DNA from: Nanobdellota archaeon
GTDB taxonomy: Archaea > Nanobdellota > Nanobdellia > Parvarchaeales > Parvarchaeaceae
Assembly: GCA_021797085.1 (NCBI GenBank)
Contig: JAKAAG010000001.1
Coordinates: 6,814-70,813, forward strand
DNA: 64,000 bases
Direction of reading: 5' to 3'
Below the pieces are notes generated by a model. It saw nothing but the letters and a program-made list of their open reading frames with translations. It was not told where the DNA came from and searched no databases. Each line of letters opens with the position of its first letter. Position 1 is the stretch's first letter. The position numbers were made by a program, and so were the translations under genes. Of the stretch, positions 29,004 through 38,492 are shown piece after piece.

Positions 29004-29226
29004 AGACATACTAAACACTGCAAAACCAAGCGTAGTTGGAGTGGATAAAAGCGCTGCAGAATTCTTTGAAGATCTTTCTTTTTCATTCAGCACAGTAAAA
29101 ATTGATGGAGAAAAGGAAGATGATGGCCCTGTTAAATCACTTACTATGTTAAGCATAACAAAGGACTCAGACAGAGGAGCCATAAACTCAGCATATTATT
29201 CAAAAGAAGCTGAGAACAAAGAATAA
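28900..29226 (+). CDS. Hypothetical protein, possible RNase H-like fold
   Basis: beta-beta-beta-alpha pattern with KPSVVGVD; overlaps the low-complexity HemK tail by 104 nt. Confidence 0.55.
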   Translation: MTRAGIAVNQGRIIVAVIINNSVQVHRVKSLSEVKDILNTAKPSVVGVDKSAAEFFEDLSFSFSTVKIDGEKEDDGPVKSLTMLSITKDSDRGAINSAYYSKEAENKE

Positions 29227-29227
29227 G

Positions 29228-29638
29228 TCAAACTTTATTGTCTTGGCCGCTTAATACTTCTCCTTTTTCAACCTTTACAAAATCAGGCACCACTAAAAGA
29301 TAATCCTCATCTACGCCTATTATCTGGGCTTCTGCAGCATCTGCACTTTTCTTTAGCTTAGAAATCGTTCTTTTTAACTCGTCTACCCCTCCTTTTTCCC
29401 GTATCTCCTTAACCTTTATGAAAGATAGAGTATATCCGGAACGGATGTCATTTAATATGGCACTTGCATCTTCAAATTTATTAAGATTGTAGTATTTCAC
29501 GTATATTTTAGCCATCGGCTTATCGCCTTGTTCAACCTCCAGTTCAACGTAGTCGCTGCCCTGACTGGAGGAATCCACATTTACATTCTTCTTGAATATA
29601 TTCAAGAAATTATCAAACGGAAGATTTACCATGTTCAC
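29228..29638 (-). CDS. sepF: Cell division protein SepF (DUF552)
   Basis: DYVELE, ILNDIRSG, ELKRTISKLK, YLLVVPDFVKV; GAGGTG Shine-Dalgarno. Confidence 0.85.
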   Translation of the reverse strand: MNMVNLPFDNFLNIFKKNVNVDSSSQGSDYVELEVEQGDKPMAKIYVKYYNLNKFEDASAILNDIRSGYTLSFIKVKEIREKGGVDELKRTISKLKKSADAAEAQIIGVDEDYLLVVPDFVKVEKGEVLSGQDNKV

Positions 29639-29732
29639 ACCTCACAACTTAATTTTAATGCTATAAGAAGATAAGCAAATTTTAGTATTTAAGTTTATCA
29701 TTAAGCTTTTTGCATGAAATAAACAAAAGAAA

Positions 29733-29815
29733 TGCAGAGGGAGGGATTTGAACCCTCGAAGGCCTAAGCCATAAGGTCCTAAGCCTTACACGTTTGACCG
29801 CTTCGTTACCTCTGC
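29733..29815 (-). tRNA. tRNA-Leu(TAG)
   Basis: Anticodon arm TAAGG-CTTAGGA-CCTTA; 81/83 identical to 3013-3095. Confidence 0.95.
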
Positions 29816-29819
29816 TAGT

Positions 29820-30260
29820 TTATTTTTTGCTTCTTTTAATGTCAACCACGTCTCCAAATGACAGCTGCTCCGTGTCTTTTTTGAAAGTTGAATCAGAAAC
29901 AAAATTCATTTCATATAATGATATTTTAAGTAACCTTTCGAGTCGTATTGTTATTTTTTCATCTGGCAGTATTTCACCGTTAACTACCTTTTTCAGGTCT
30001 TTGGGAGAACAGTTTATCTTCTCTGCTGCATCTTCAATTGAAAGCCCACTTTCCTGCAATGCATGTTTTATTTCGTTTATATAATCGTATTTTAACTGCC
30101 TTTCGCTTTCCACTGTTCTCTGTACTGGTTTACTTGTCTGAACGGCGGTTCCAATTACTCTGCCATATTTTGAACAGTTTTTACAGAGGTTCATTACTGC
30201 CCCTTCTACTTCAGTCCTTAAAAGGTTCTCTTCAAACGCACCACATATCTCGCAATTCAT
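29820..30260 (-). CDS. Archaeal multiprotein bridging factor aMBF1 (Zn ribbon + HTH)
   Basis: MNCEICG...VEGAVMNLCKNCSKYG, HTH, LSFGDVV. Confidence 0.9.
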   Translation of the reverse strand: MNCEICGAFEENLLRTEVEGAVMNLCKNCSKYGRVIGTAVQTSKPVQRTVESERQLKYDYINEIKHALQESGLSIEDAAEKINCSPKDLKKVVNGEILPDEKITIRLERLLKISLYEMNFVSDSTFKKDTEQLSFGDVVDIKRSKK

Positions 30261-31900
30261 TTTACAAAACCTTCAATATATATCTCTGCCAATGAAACCG
30301 GCAGTTCTATCCCAAAAGAATTCATAACTCTAGGATGAAGTTCACCGGCAAACCCTATTTCTTTTCCGTCGGCAAGTATGTTGTAAGCCCTTCCCTTTAT
30401 AAATGTCTTAGCGTATTTCTGGTCTACATAACTTGTGGATATAACCTTAACAGAAAAGGCATCGGAAAGCACTTTCTTGATTATTGACAAAGTATCCGTT
30501 ACATTTGCATCTTTTTCGCACGATACAAATGAAAGTTTTAGCCTGTTTTTGAATGTTACATCAGAACTCCCTTCCTGCACTATTTCCGACAATGAGAATA
30601 TTTTCTGGGGAAATTTCTTGTGCAGATTGTTTGAAATAAGCCTTAATAGCTCGGGAAAGACATACTTGCTGACCATCGTAACATCGCCGCTCTTAAGCTG
30701 CAGCAAACTTACATAGTCCTCTCCTTCGATGGACGTGTTTCTGAATTGGTATTTTTCATTTGTAAGTGCGTTTATATCTATTTCCTGATAGCCAAAACCT
30801 ACTAATACCTCTTTTATGTTCTGTATAAGATAGTGATTGGGCAGAAAACTCCCCTCAGTATAGGAATGCGGAACTTTTTCATTTATATTATCGATCCCAA
30901 AGGACCGCATAATATCATCGATTATGTCAACCTGATGCATAACATCCTGTCTGTAAAAAGGCGGCTTGACAAAAAGATCCTTTCCAAGCATTTTAATGTT
31001 ATAATCCATCGCTGAAAGTATTTTTACTGCATGCTCTTTTGCTATTCTTTTCCCTAGCAAGGATTCTATCGAATCTTCATTTAAATAAAATCCATGCATT
31101 TCCAATGACAGATTAGTAGATATTGCATTGCTTTGGTATTTTGCTTCGATTATTGATACTTTACCAAGGAACTGAAAATTATATATTAATATTTTAGTCA
31201 CCGCATTTACAGTTTCCCTGTCGGTTCCTGTTATGTCTATAAACAATTCCTTTGTGTTTTCATTTATAGAATAATTATCCGCGTTTATTATAGGGGGCAT
31301 AGCAATTATGTTATTGCTACCATCAATCCACACTATCGGTTTTTTGGGAATTAAGGACCGATATTCGGTTGCCTGCTTGACTTCTTTCATTATCTCATCA
31401 TAGTTTTTTGAAGAAGAACTGCTGAGAGGTATAAAGTTTACTTTTTCCTTTTGGATTTCGCAGTATTTTATTGGGAAGGATATTTTTTCATAATCAAAAA
31501 ATCCTATGGCAGATTTTTTCCGGTTTCTACCAACGTTCCTGTCTAGTCTGTCCTGAATGGCCAAGATCTCATTTAATTCATCTCCAACTTTGCCATTAAG
31601 AACCACATGTAGAGCATTAACGAATTTTCTCTCTGTATTCTCAACTGAAACTCCTGGTTTTTCTATTCCAATTAAAAGGTTTCTTTTCATCTTTATTCCA
31701 AGTTGGCTGGCGAATATGTGTGCAAGAGAGTATTTTGAAACTATGTCTGTTCTATCTGAAGTAAGCTCAAAATTAAGCACATTCTCCCCCTCATCTAAAT
31801 CCAATCCAAACTTAAGCGCTATCTTTTCATAATCTGCAAGCTTCAATTTTTTCCCAAGTGCTTTGTTCATTTCATCAAGGCTATAATTTAGCATTACCAT
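30257..31900 (-). CDS. pheT: Phenylalanyl-tRNA synthetase beta subunit
   Basis: DRTD, GRNRKKSAIG, MPPIIN, PFYRQDVMHQVDIIDD, GELHP. Confidence 0.93.
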   Translation of the reverse strand: MVMLNYSLDEMNKALGKKLKLADYEKIALKFGLDLDEGENVLNFELTSDRTDIVSKYSLAHIFASQLGIKMKRNLLIGIEKPGVSVENTERKFVNALHVVLNGKVGDELNEILAIQDRLDRNVGRNRKKSAIGFFDYEKISFPIKYCEIQKEKVNFIPLSSSSSKNYDEIMKEVKQATEYRSLIPKKPIVWIDGSNNIIAMPPIINADNYSINENTKELFIDITGTDRETVNAVTKILIYNFQFLGKVSIIEAKYQSNAISTNLSLEMHGFYLNEDSIESLLGKRIAKEHAVKILSAMDYNIKMLGKDLFVKPPFYRQDVMHQVDIIDDIMRSFGIDNINEKVPHSYTEGSFLPNHYLIQNIKEVLVGFGYQEIDINALTNEKYQFRNTSIEGEDYVSLLQLKSGDVTMVSKYVFPELLRLISNNLHKKFPQKIFSLSEIVQEGSSDVTFKNRLKLSFVSCEKDANVTDTLSIIKKVLSDAFSVKVISTSYVDQKYAKTFIKGRAYNILADGKEIGFAGELHPRVMNSFGIELPVSLAEIYIEGFVK

Positions 31901-33424
31901 TTAAAATTCACCAAAGACCCTGGCAGATTCTATCTCTCTTAGTAGATCTAAGTCGGTATACGCACCGTAAAGATCCCGGATATCTGCCATCCCGAGTTTA
32001 AGATTCAGCATTCTTTCCATTCCAAAACCCCATGCAACTATGTTTTTGTTTATACCAAACGGCTTAAGGGTTTCAGGCCTAAATACGCCAGAATTCCCTA
32101 CTTCGAGCCATCTTTTAAGCTTGGGACTGAAAGCCTGTATCTCCAGGCTAGGTTCTGTATAAGGGTTATAGGTGGGTTTAAGCCTTATTTTTTCTATCCC
32201 TATTTTTTTGTAGAATTGTTTTATGTAACCAATGAGATCGGAGACAGAGAGGTTGTCATCATACACGACTCCTTCTATCTGATAAAGTTCCAGTAAATGG
32301 GTATTATCCATTGTTTCATTCCTGAATCCTTTGTCAACTGAAAAGAACTTTGCAGGCTTATCCTTGTTTTTTGATATAAATTCATAAATATACCTAAAAG
32401 TTGTTGCAGTGGTGTGTCCACGCATTATAAGCGAATCACTCTTAGACCTATCAAACTTTCTTCTATATCCAATAGACTCATTGTACTTAGAAGAAAAAAA
32501 CCCGTGCTCATAAACATCCTTTACATTTTTGAGAAGCTTTGCCGGTATAACGGCCTTTCCTCCATTTAAGTAAACCGTATCCTGTATATCCCTATCAGGG
32601 TGATCCTGTCTGAACATCATAACATCAAAATTCCAAAAGGTTGACTCAACGTAATTGCTATGCATTTCAGAGAAACCCATTGAAACCATCGCATCTTTTA
32701 TCAATGAGATAAATTTAGTCTTCACATTCATTTTGCCGGATAAAGAATCAAGTATCTCTGGCTTTTCACTGTATTCCCTAAATTTCAACCCGTCCCAATT
32801 TTTAATGTTGTTTGGAGAAAGTTTGTCTATATACTCTGCTTTGAATTCACTATTTTTTAGCAATTTTATCCCTGCAGGAGTTATTGAGAACTTTTCCTTT
32901 ATTTCGCTTACCTGCTCCATTATCCCGCGTCTTATAAGATCCGCGGTGCCATCGTAGTTTACATTCTGTTCTTTCTCCACTATTTGCAAAACTCTATTCT
33001 GCTCTTCGACTTTTGCAGATTTGTCTGGGTTTACGGTTATTTTACCCCCTTCAATATTTATTGCAAGCATTCTTTTTAGCACACCTATGGCTGCGTTTAG
33101 CTCATCTTTTTCCATTGGAACACTGGAAAAAAGCTGCTTATATTCAACTGTTTTATTGTGTCTTAGAAATTCGAATACCCTGTATTCAGGAAGACCATCT
33201 TTCAGATATTTCTGACCAAGATCGGTAAGTCTTATAGTATTTGCAGTTATGCTATCAATTTTTATCAGGCCCAAAGAAAAAAGCTTTCTTGCGGAGTTTA
33301 TTACTGCCGCTCTCTCCAAGGCGTATTTCAGCTCTAATTCGCTTGAAAACATTTCTCCTTTTTCAAGAGCAGAGAGCACAATCTTGTCAGTCTTGTTCAG
33401 CATTCTTATAGTATCTTCTTCCAT
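31901..33424 (-). CDS. pheS: Phenylalanyl-tRNA synthetase alpha subunit
   Basis: FWNFD..QDHPDRDIQDT, HTT, FRNE, YNPYTEPS, AWGFGMER. Confidence 0.95.
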   Translation of the reverse strand: MEEDTIRMLNKTDKIVLSALEKGEMFSSELELKYALERAAVINSARKLFSLGLIKIDSITANTIRLTDLGQKYLKDGLPEYRVFEFLRHNKTVEYKQLFSSVPMEKDELNAAIGVLKRMLAINIEGGKITVNPDKSAKVEEQNRVLQIVEKEQNVNYDGTADLIRRGIMEQVSEIKEKFSITPAGIKLLKNSEFKAEYIDKLSPNNIKNWDGLKFREYSEKPEILDSLSGKMNVKTKFISLIKDAMVSMGFSEMHSNYVESTFWNFDVMMFRQDHPDRDIQDTVYLNGGKAVIPAKLLKNVKDVYEHGFFSSKYNESIGYRRKFDRSKSDSLIMRGHTTATTFRYIYEFISKNKDKPAKFFSVDKGFRNETMDNTHLLELYQIEGVVYDDNLSVSDLIGYIKQFYKKIGIEKIRLKPTYNPYTEPSLEIQAFSPKLKRWLEVGNSGVFRPETLKPFGINKNIVAWGFGMERMLNLKLGMADIRDLYGAYTDLDLLREIESARVFGEF

Positions 33425-33451
33425 CTACGATAAAAATAAATCTTGTATAAA

Positions 33452-34825
33452 TTAAAAGGTTTTAATTAAGCCTTTTTCAACAATCTTTTTGGCAAGGTAG
33501 GGTCCGGAGGCATAAAGCCCAGAAAACTTTGATTCTATTAAACCACCATATATAGCTTCGTTCACAGGGAATGTTACAGAGAACATGGGATTGAAGCTGT
33601 AATTGAACGATTCTTTTACAAAACGTGGAAGATTTAATTTCTCGAGTTCAGAAAGAAAATCTGTATTAGACTTAAATTTTCTAGCGAGGGCAGAAATTGC
33701 TGATTCTAGTCTGTTAACTGAAAGAAAAAGATCATAGCCCTCCAATGGAAAATCATCCTTCACAGAATCCATGGCCTTTTCAGCATAGTAGCTTGCCATC
33801 TGCTCCGTAGTCGCGCCTGCCCCGTGCGCTAACTCGTGAAAAAGCGCAAAAAGGTACTCTGGGACTGCAGTTAATCTTTCTGTGTTCAGGAAAACCGGAC
33901 TGTATGAATTCTTTTTTATAAGCTTGCCTAGGAGTGAATTATAAATCAAAGTAAATCCGCCAACCCCTTTTGGAGAGTGATGGAGAATCAGCTTGTAGTT
34001 TATCCGTTTTTTAAGGACATTCGAAATGTAAGGCAACATTGATTTTTCATATTTCCTTAAGCTTTCCTCCGAATAGCTTGCACTAGCATACGCCTTGCTA
34101 GAAGACAGCATATAAATTGCGTTTATGTTCTCTAATGATGGTTCTATCTTTGAACTAAATAACGCTTTATTGTAACGTTCAAAGGTTTTTTTGAATTCTC
34201 TGCTGTAATTTTTAATATCATGTTCTATTTCTTCTATTGTCAGTTTTTTATGGCTGAATACCCCCGAAGTTCCTCCGACTATAAAAGCAATTGACAAAGC
34301 AGATATCAATCCCGTTATTATTGGCACCTGAACAAGGAATGGCCAATTTACCATGAATTCTTCAGCAAAAAGACTTGCAAATGGGATGTGCAAGGAATAA
34401 GAGAAATAGGCCGTTTCGCCGATAAATGTGGCAAGACTAGCCACGCCCCCAGTAAGCGTTCCCATTGAAGTTGTGGATATAAAGTGACTGTTTGTCTTCC
34501 TAAGAATATAATCATATGCCTTTGCAACAAATTTTGCAGGAGACAAAAGTATTCTTGATAGGATATGCTTCTGTTTAATATTTGGGTTATTTATATAGTC
34601 ATTGCTGCCATAATCATCCCAATAATCAAGAACGCTCCTTAGGTATCTTTCCAAACCCTCTTTGCCGTATTTTTGGTATATAAAATCTTTTTTAAGTTTT
34701 TTTATGGCATTTAATGTAGATTTGTCTGTGTTGTCTTTTAATATCCGGTTTATCGACTTGTCATCTCCTGCATCTAAACTTGATAAGATGGAATACAGTT
34801 TTGATCTGTTTTCCACAGAGTCCAT
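33452..34825 (-). CDS. Membrane protein with an HExxH zinc-metallopeptidase motif (DUF3810-like)
   Basis: Two TM segments around aa 120-190; FHELAHGAGATTEQMA. Confidence 0.6.
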   Translation of the reverse strand: MDSVENRSKLYSILSSLDAGDDKSINRILKDNTDKSTLNAIKKLKKDFIYQKYGKEGLERYLRSVLDYWDDYGSNDYINNPNIKQKHILSRILLSPAKFVAKAYDYILRKTNSHFISTTSMGTLTGGVASLATFIGETAYFSYSLHIPFASLFAEEFMVNWPFLVQVPIITGLISALSIAFIVGGTSGVFSHKKLTIEEIEHDIKNYSREFKKTFERYNKALFSSKIEPSLENINAIYMLSSSKAYASASYSEESLRKYEKSMLPYISNVLKKRINYKLILHHSPKGVGGFTLIYNSLLGKLIKKNSYSPVFLNTERLTAVPEYLFALFHELAHGAGATTEQMASYYAEKAMDSVKDDFPLEGYDLFLSVNRLESAISALARKFKSNTDFLSELEKLNLPRFVKESFNYSFNPMFSVTFPVNEAIYGGLIESKFSGLYASGPYLAKKIVEKGLIKTF

Positions 34826-34877
34826 CTTATTTTATTGCAGACATCAATATAAATATATTAAAAATTTTCATAACCTA

Positions 34878-35387
34878 ATGATAATAGCGATATCCGGCAC
34901 GCCTGGAACAGGTAAACACACAGTGTCAAAAGTGCTTGCAAGGAAAATCGATTATGACATATTGGATTTAAACCGAATCCTAAAAAGAGGAAAAAAAGAG
35001 AGGGAAGTAACACTTGAAGAGGTAAATAAAGCATTTAAAAAAAATGAAAAAGACAATTTACTTGTAGTTTCCCACTTGTCCCATTTTATAAAATCGAAAG
35101 ATATAAGTTTTGTGATAGTACTTAGAACAGACCCTATAACGCTCATAAAAAGACTTGAAAAAAGAGGGTACAAAAAAGAAAAAATCTACGATAATGCTAT
35201 TTTTGAAGCAATGAATGGAACATATACAGAGGCATTGCAAATGAAAAAGAAGGTTTTTCAGGTAGACAACACAAAGAACATAAACAATACCATAAAAAAG
35301 GTTATGTTAATAATCGCTGGAAAGGGAAAAGGAGAAAAAGTTGATTTTTCGGAGAAGATACTGAAAGTAGAAAAAATGTTTAAATAA
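34878..35387 (+). CDS. Adenylate kinase AK6/Fap7 family
   Basis: MIIAISGTPGTGK, SHLSH, VLRTDP..L.KRLEKRGY..EKI.DN; start reassigned to 34878. Confidence 0.9.
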   Translation: MIIAISGTPGTGKHTVSKVLARKIDYDILDLNRILKRGKKEREVTLEEVNKAFKKNEKDNLLVVSHLSHFIKSKDISFVIVLRTDPITLIKRLEKRGYKKEKIYDNAIFEAMNGTYTEALQMKKKVFQVDNTKNINNTIKKVMLIIAGKGKGEKVDFSEKILKVEKMFK

Positions 35388-35407
35388 AATGAAATTATAC
35401 AATAAAA

Positions 35408-36574
35408 ATGGAAATAAAAGAGATAAAAGCGCTTAAAATATTAAATGCGAATTCTAACTTCACAGTTGAAGTAATGCTTACTACAGAGAAAGGCAAATTC
35501 CGCGGTTCATCTCCTGCAGGAGAAAGCAACAGCAAATATGAAGTAAACCAGTTCAGCAAAGGTATAGATGACGAGATAAAAAACTTCAATGAATACCTGA
35601 AAAAGCTAGTTGGGAAGAAGGTAGGTAATTTAGAAGATATCTTTTCAATAGAAAAAGAAATACCCCAAGAGTTTATAGGCGGCCCGTCACTTTCACTTTC
35701 TTATGCATTGATATATGGTTTAAGTGCAGACACGAACAAGGAGCCGTATGAGCTTTTTGGCAGCAAAAACAAGGTTATGCCAGTGTGCAAAATGATAGGG
35801 GGCGGAATGCATGCCTCCGGTTTAGGGATGGACATACAGGAGATACTTGTGACAACAATCGCTGATAGTAACTTCGAAAGCATAAACACAACTTTAAAGG
35901 TATACAAAAAGGTAAAAGAACTTCTAGAGAACAGAACAGACAGTTTTATAGGAGGGGTTGACCCTGAAGGAGGATTCATAAGCGGGTTGGACAACTACGA
36001 ATCAATAAAAATAGTAAGGGAAGCAATAGAAAGCATAATAAAGGAAAGCAGCATGGACATAAGATTAGGATTAGACTTTGCTGCATCGACCTTTTACAAA
36101 AACGGAAAATATGTTTATAAACGGCCAATATACGGAAAGAAAGAAGTTGATAGAGGAGAACAAATAGATTTGACGAAAAAGCTGGCAGATGAATTTGACA
36201 TATTCTATGTAGAAGACCCTGTTGATGAAACGCTTGCAGAAGATTATGGAGAAGTAATGAAACAGCTTAGCAGTTCCATTATAGTGGGGGATGACCTTAC
36301 TGCAACTACTCCAGAAAGGCTTGAAAAAGTGCATCAATACATAAATTCAACGCTTATAAAACCAAATCAAGTAGGGCTTATGTACAAGGTAAAGGAATAC
36401 TCGGAACTTGCCGATAAATTCAAGATAGACAAAGTAGTATCACACAGATCAGAGGAAACCTCCATACCAATAATAGCAGACCTGGCAATTGGTCTAAGCG
36501 CAAAGTATTTAAAAGTTGGAATCAATAGAGGAGAAAGGATAGAGAAAATAAATAGGCTAATCGAATTGAATTAA
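35408..36574 (+). CDS. eno: Enolase (short, divergent)
   Basis: GGGMHA, IQE, GLDFAAS, EDP, VGDDL, IKPNQVG, VSHRS; upstream of rps2. Confidence 0.9.
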   Translation: MEIKEIKALKILNANSNFTVEVMLTTEKGKFRGSSPAGESNSKYEVNQFSKGIDDEIKNFNEYLKKLVGKKVGNLEDIFSIEKEIPQEFIGGPSLSLSYALIYGLSADTNKEPYELFGSKNKVMPVCKMIGGGMHASGLGMDIQEILVTTIADSNFESINTTLKVYKKVKELLENRTDSFIGGVDPEGGFISGLDNYESIKIVREAIESIIKESSMDIRLGLDFAASTFYKNGKYVYKRPIYGKKEVDRGEQIDLTKKLADEFDIFYVEDPVDETLAEDYGEVMKQLSSSIIVGDDLTATTPERLEKVHQYINSTLIKPNQVGLMYKVKEYSELADKFKIDKVVSHRSEETSIPIIADLAIGLSAKYLKVGINRGERIEKINRLIELN

Positions 36575-36576
36575 AC

Positions 36577-37176
36577 ATGGTATTTAAAAAAATAGACAAA
36601 TTGGAAGCGTATAAGACTTACGGAACTAGGATAGGAGCAAACGCCAATAACAAGGAGTTTGAAAGGTTTGTTTTCAAGAAAATCCCAAACAAATTTACTA
36701 TACTAAATATAAAGTTAATAGACGAAAGAATAAAACTAGCTGCAAAATTCTTGAATGGTTACAAGAGAAAAAGTATTCTGCTGGTATCGACACTAGACAG
36801 TGCTTATTATTCTGTTTACAATTTTTCAAAGCTCATGGGAATAAGTGTAAATTTCGGAAGATACCTTGCCGGGTCACTTACAAATATAAGTTATAAGAAT
36901 TTCTTTGAACCTAAAGTTCTGTTGATAACCGATCCTAAATCAAACAGAAGAGCGATAAACGACGCAAAGAAGATAAACATTCCTATAGTCGGTATAACAA
37001 ATACGGATAATAGCACAGCATTTATTGATTTGATAATACCTGGAAACAACAAAAGCGGAAATAGCATAGGGTTGATATTGTTCCTTCTTGCAATGAATAT
37101 GGCCAAAAAAGAGGAGAAAGAAAAACTTGAAAAAGTAAGTCTTGAAGATTTCGTATCAAAAGAGCTTGAATTTTAA
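36577..37176 (+). CDS. rps2: 30S ribosomal protein S2
   Basis: GRYLAGSLTN, EPKVLLITDP, IDLIIPGNNK. Confidence 0.95.
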   Translation: MVFKKIDKLEAYKTYGTRIGANANNKEFERFVFKKIPNKFTILNIKLIDERIKLAAKFLNGYKRKSILLVSTLDSAYYSVYNFSKLMGISVNFGRYLAGSLTNISYKNFFEPKVLLITDPKSNRRAINDAKKINIPIVGITNTDNSTAFIDLIIPGNNKSGNSIGLILFLLAMNMAKKEEKEKLEKVSLEDFVSKELEF

Positions 37177-37243
37177 AATAATATGAATAGCAAAAAGTCA
37201 ACTGAAAACATAAATATACTGCGCACTAAAAGGAGAGAAAACA

Positions 37244-37594
37244 ATGAAAGAGGAATGTAACTTCTACAAAAACGGAAAGCTCATAGCAAAAGACGTTAAG
37301 TACTGTAGAACACTTTCAAGCAAGATTTTGGGTTTAATGTTTGTTTCAAGTCCTAAAAATGGTGCATTCCTACCAGATGTGAAGGATATACACATGAACT
37401 TCGTAAGATTCGAATTAAGAGTTATATGGCTTGACAAAAACCTAAAAGTATTGCATCAAACTATCGCCAGAAAATGGCGACTTTATAATGGGCCTGAAGA
37501 TGCACAGCATGTTTTGGAGCTTCCTGTAGACAAAAAATATGAAATAAAGGTGGGAGACAAACTACAGATGAAAATATATGAAAAACAGAAATGA
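37244..37594 (+). CDS. DUF192 family protein
   Basis: GLMF, IHMNFVRF, VLELP, IKVGD. Confidence 0.85.
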   Translation: MKEECNFYKNGKLIAKDVKYCRTLSSKILGLMFVSSPKNGAFLPDVKDIHMNFVRFELRVIWLDKNLKVLHQTIARKWRLYNGPEDAQHVLELPVDKKYEIKVGDKLQMKIYEKQK

Positions 37595-38492
37595 CACATT
37601 ACTTATTAACCGGATAAATTCAACTTCCAAAAATGAAAAGATATTTGACTTCAGGTTTATATTTCCAGGGGGAGCAGCTATCAATCTTTTCGGTAATGCT
37701 ATAAATGTAAAATTAAGGAATAACGAAAAAACAGAGCAGTATGACATAGAACAGGCATTAAAAGACAGCATTATAAAATTTAAACCTGATTCGGTTCTTG
37801 TTTCTGGAGGGATAGACTCATCTGTTCTGGCAGCCATCGCTGTTAAAAAATTCAAGGATATAAAATTAATATCTGCAGGCACCGAAGACAGTGAAGACAT
37901 TGATTACGCAAGGATTTTAAGCAGTGAATTAAATAGCTCGTTGTATAATGTAACAATAACCGAGGAAAATTTAATTCATGCCGTAAAGGAGCTTAAAGTG
38001 CTTGGACTTGATACTTATAATGTAATTATGGGAATAACTGAATTCTTAGCAGTTGAAAAGGCAAAGGAGATAGGGATGCAAAGAATAATAAGTGGAATAG
38101 GCAGCGATGAACTGTTTTTCGGATTCCAAAGGCATAGAACAATCAAAAAGGAAGAGCTTGGGGAATTTAGAGAATACAGACTTTTCTACATGCCAGCACT
38201 AGACTTATGGCGATTAAATTCGATTGCAGATACGTTAAATGTATCAATTGCATTTCCTTATCTTGATGATAAAGTTATAGAAGCCGCTCTTTCAAAAGAT
38301 ATAAAAGAGTTGGCTGAAAATTATGATAAATTTCCGGTTCGTTCGATCGGCAAATCGCTCGGACTAAGCGGAAAATTAACGGAAAGAAGAAAAAAGGCTA
38401 TGCAGTATGGCAGTGGAACTGTCAAACTTCTTAGGGATCTTTCCAAAAAAAAGAAATATGAAAACGTAGGTGAGTTTATAAAAGAAATATGA
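37578..38492 (+). CDS. Asparagine synthase C-terminal (ATP pyrophosphatase) domain protein without a glutaminase domain
   Basis: SGGIDSS, SGIGSDELFFG, FPYLD, RKKAMQYGSG. Confidence 0.82.
   Translation: MKNRNDTLLINRINSTSKNEKIFDFRFIFPGGAAINLFGNAINVKLRNNEKTEQYDIEQALKDSIIKFKPDSVLVSGGIDSSVLAAIAVKKFKDIKLISAGTEDSEDIDYARILSSELNSSLYNVTITEENLIHAVKELKVLGLDTYNVIMGITEFLAVEKAKEIGMQRIISGIGSDELFFGFQRHRTIKKEELGEFREYRLFYMPALDLWRLNSIADTLNVSIAFPYLDDKVIEAALSKDIKELAENYDKFPVRSIGKSLGLSGKLTERRKKAMQYGSGTVKLLRDLSKKKKYENVGEFIKEI

Noticed and set aside
3013-29815. The two near-identical tRNA-Leu copies as attL/attR of an integrated element
   Set aside because: Both are full-length with different anticodons, the intervening 26 kb is core housekeeping, and no integrase is seen.
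34662-34877. Long N-terminal extension of the AK6 ORF
   Set aside because: It overlaps the opposite-strand gene; the family begins at MIIAISGTPG (34878).
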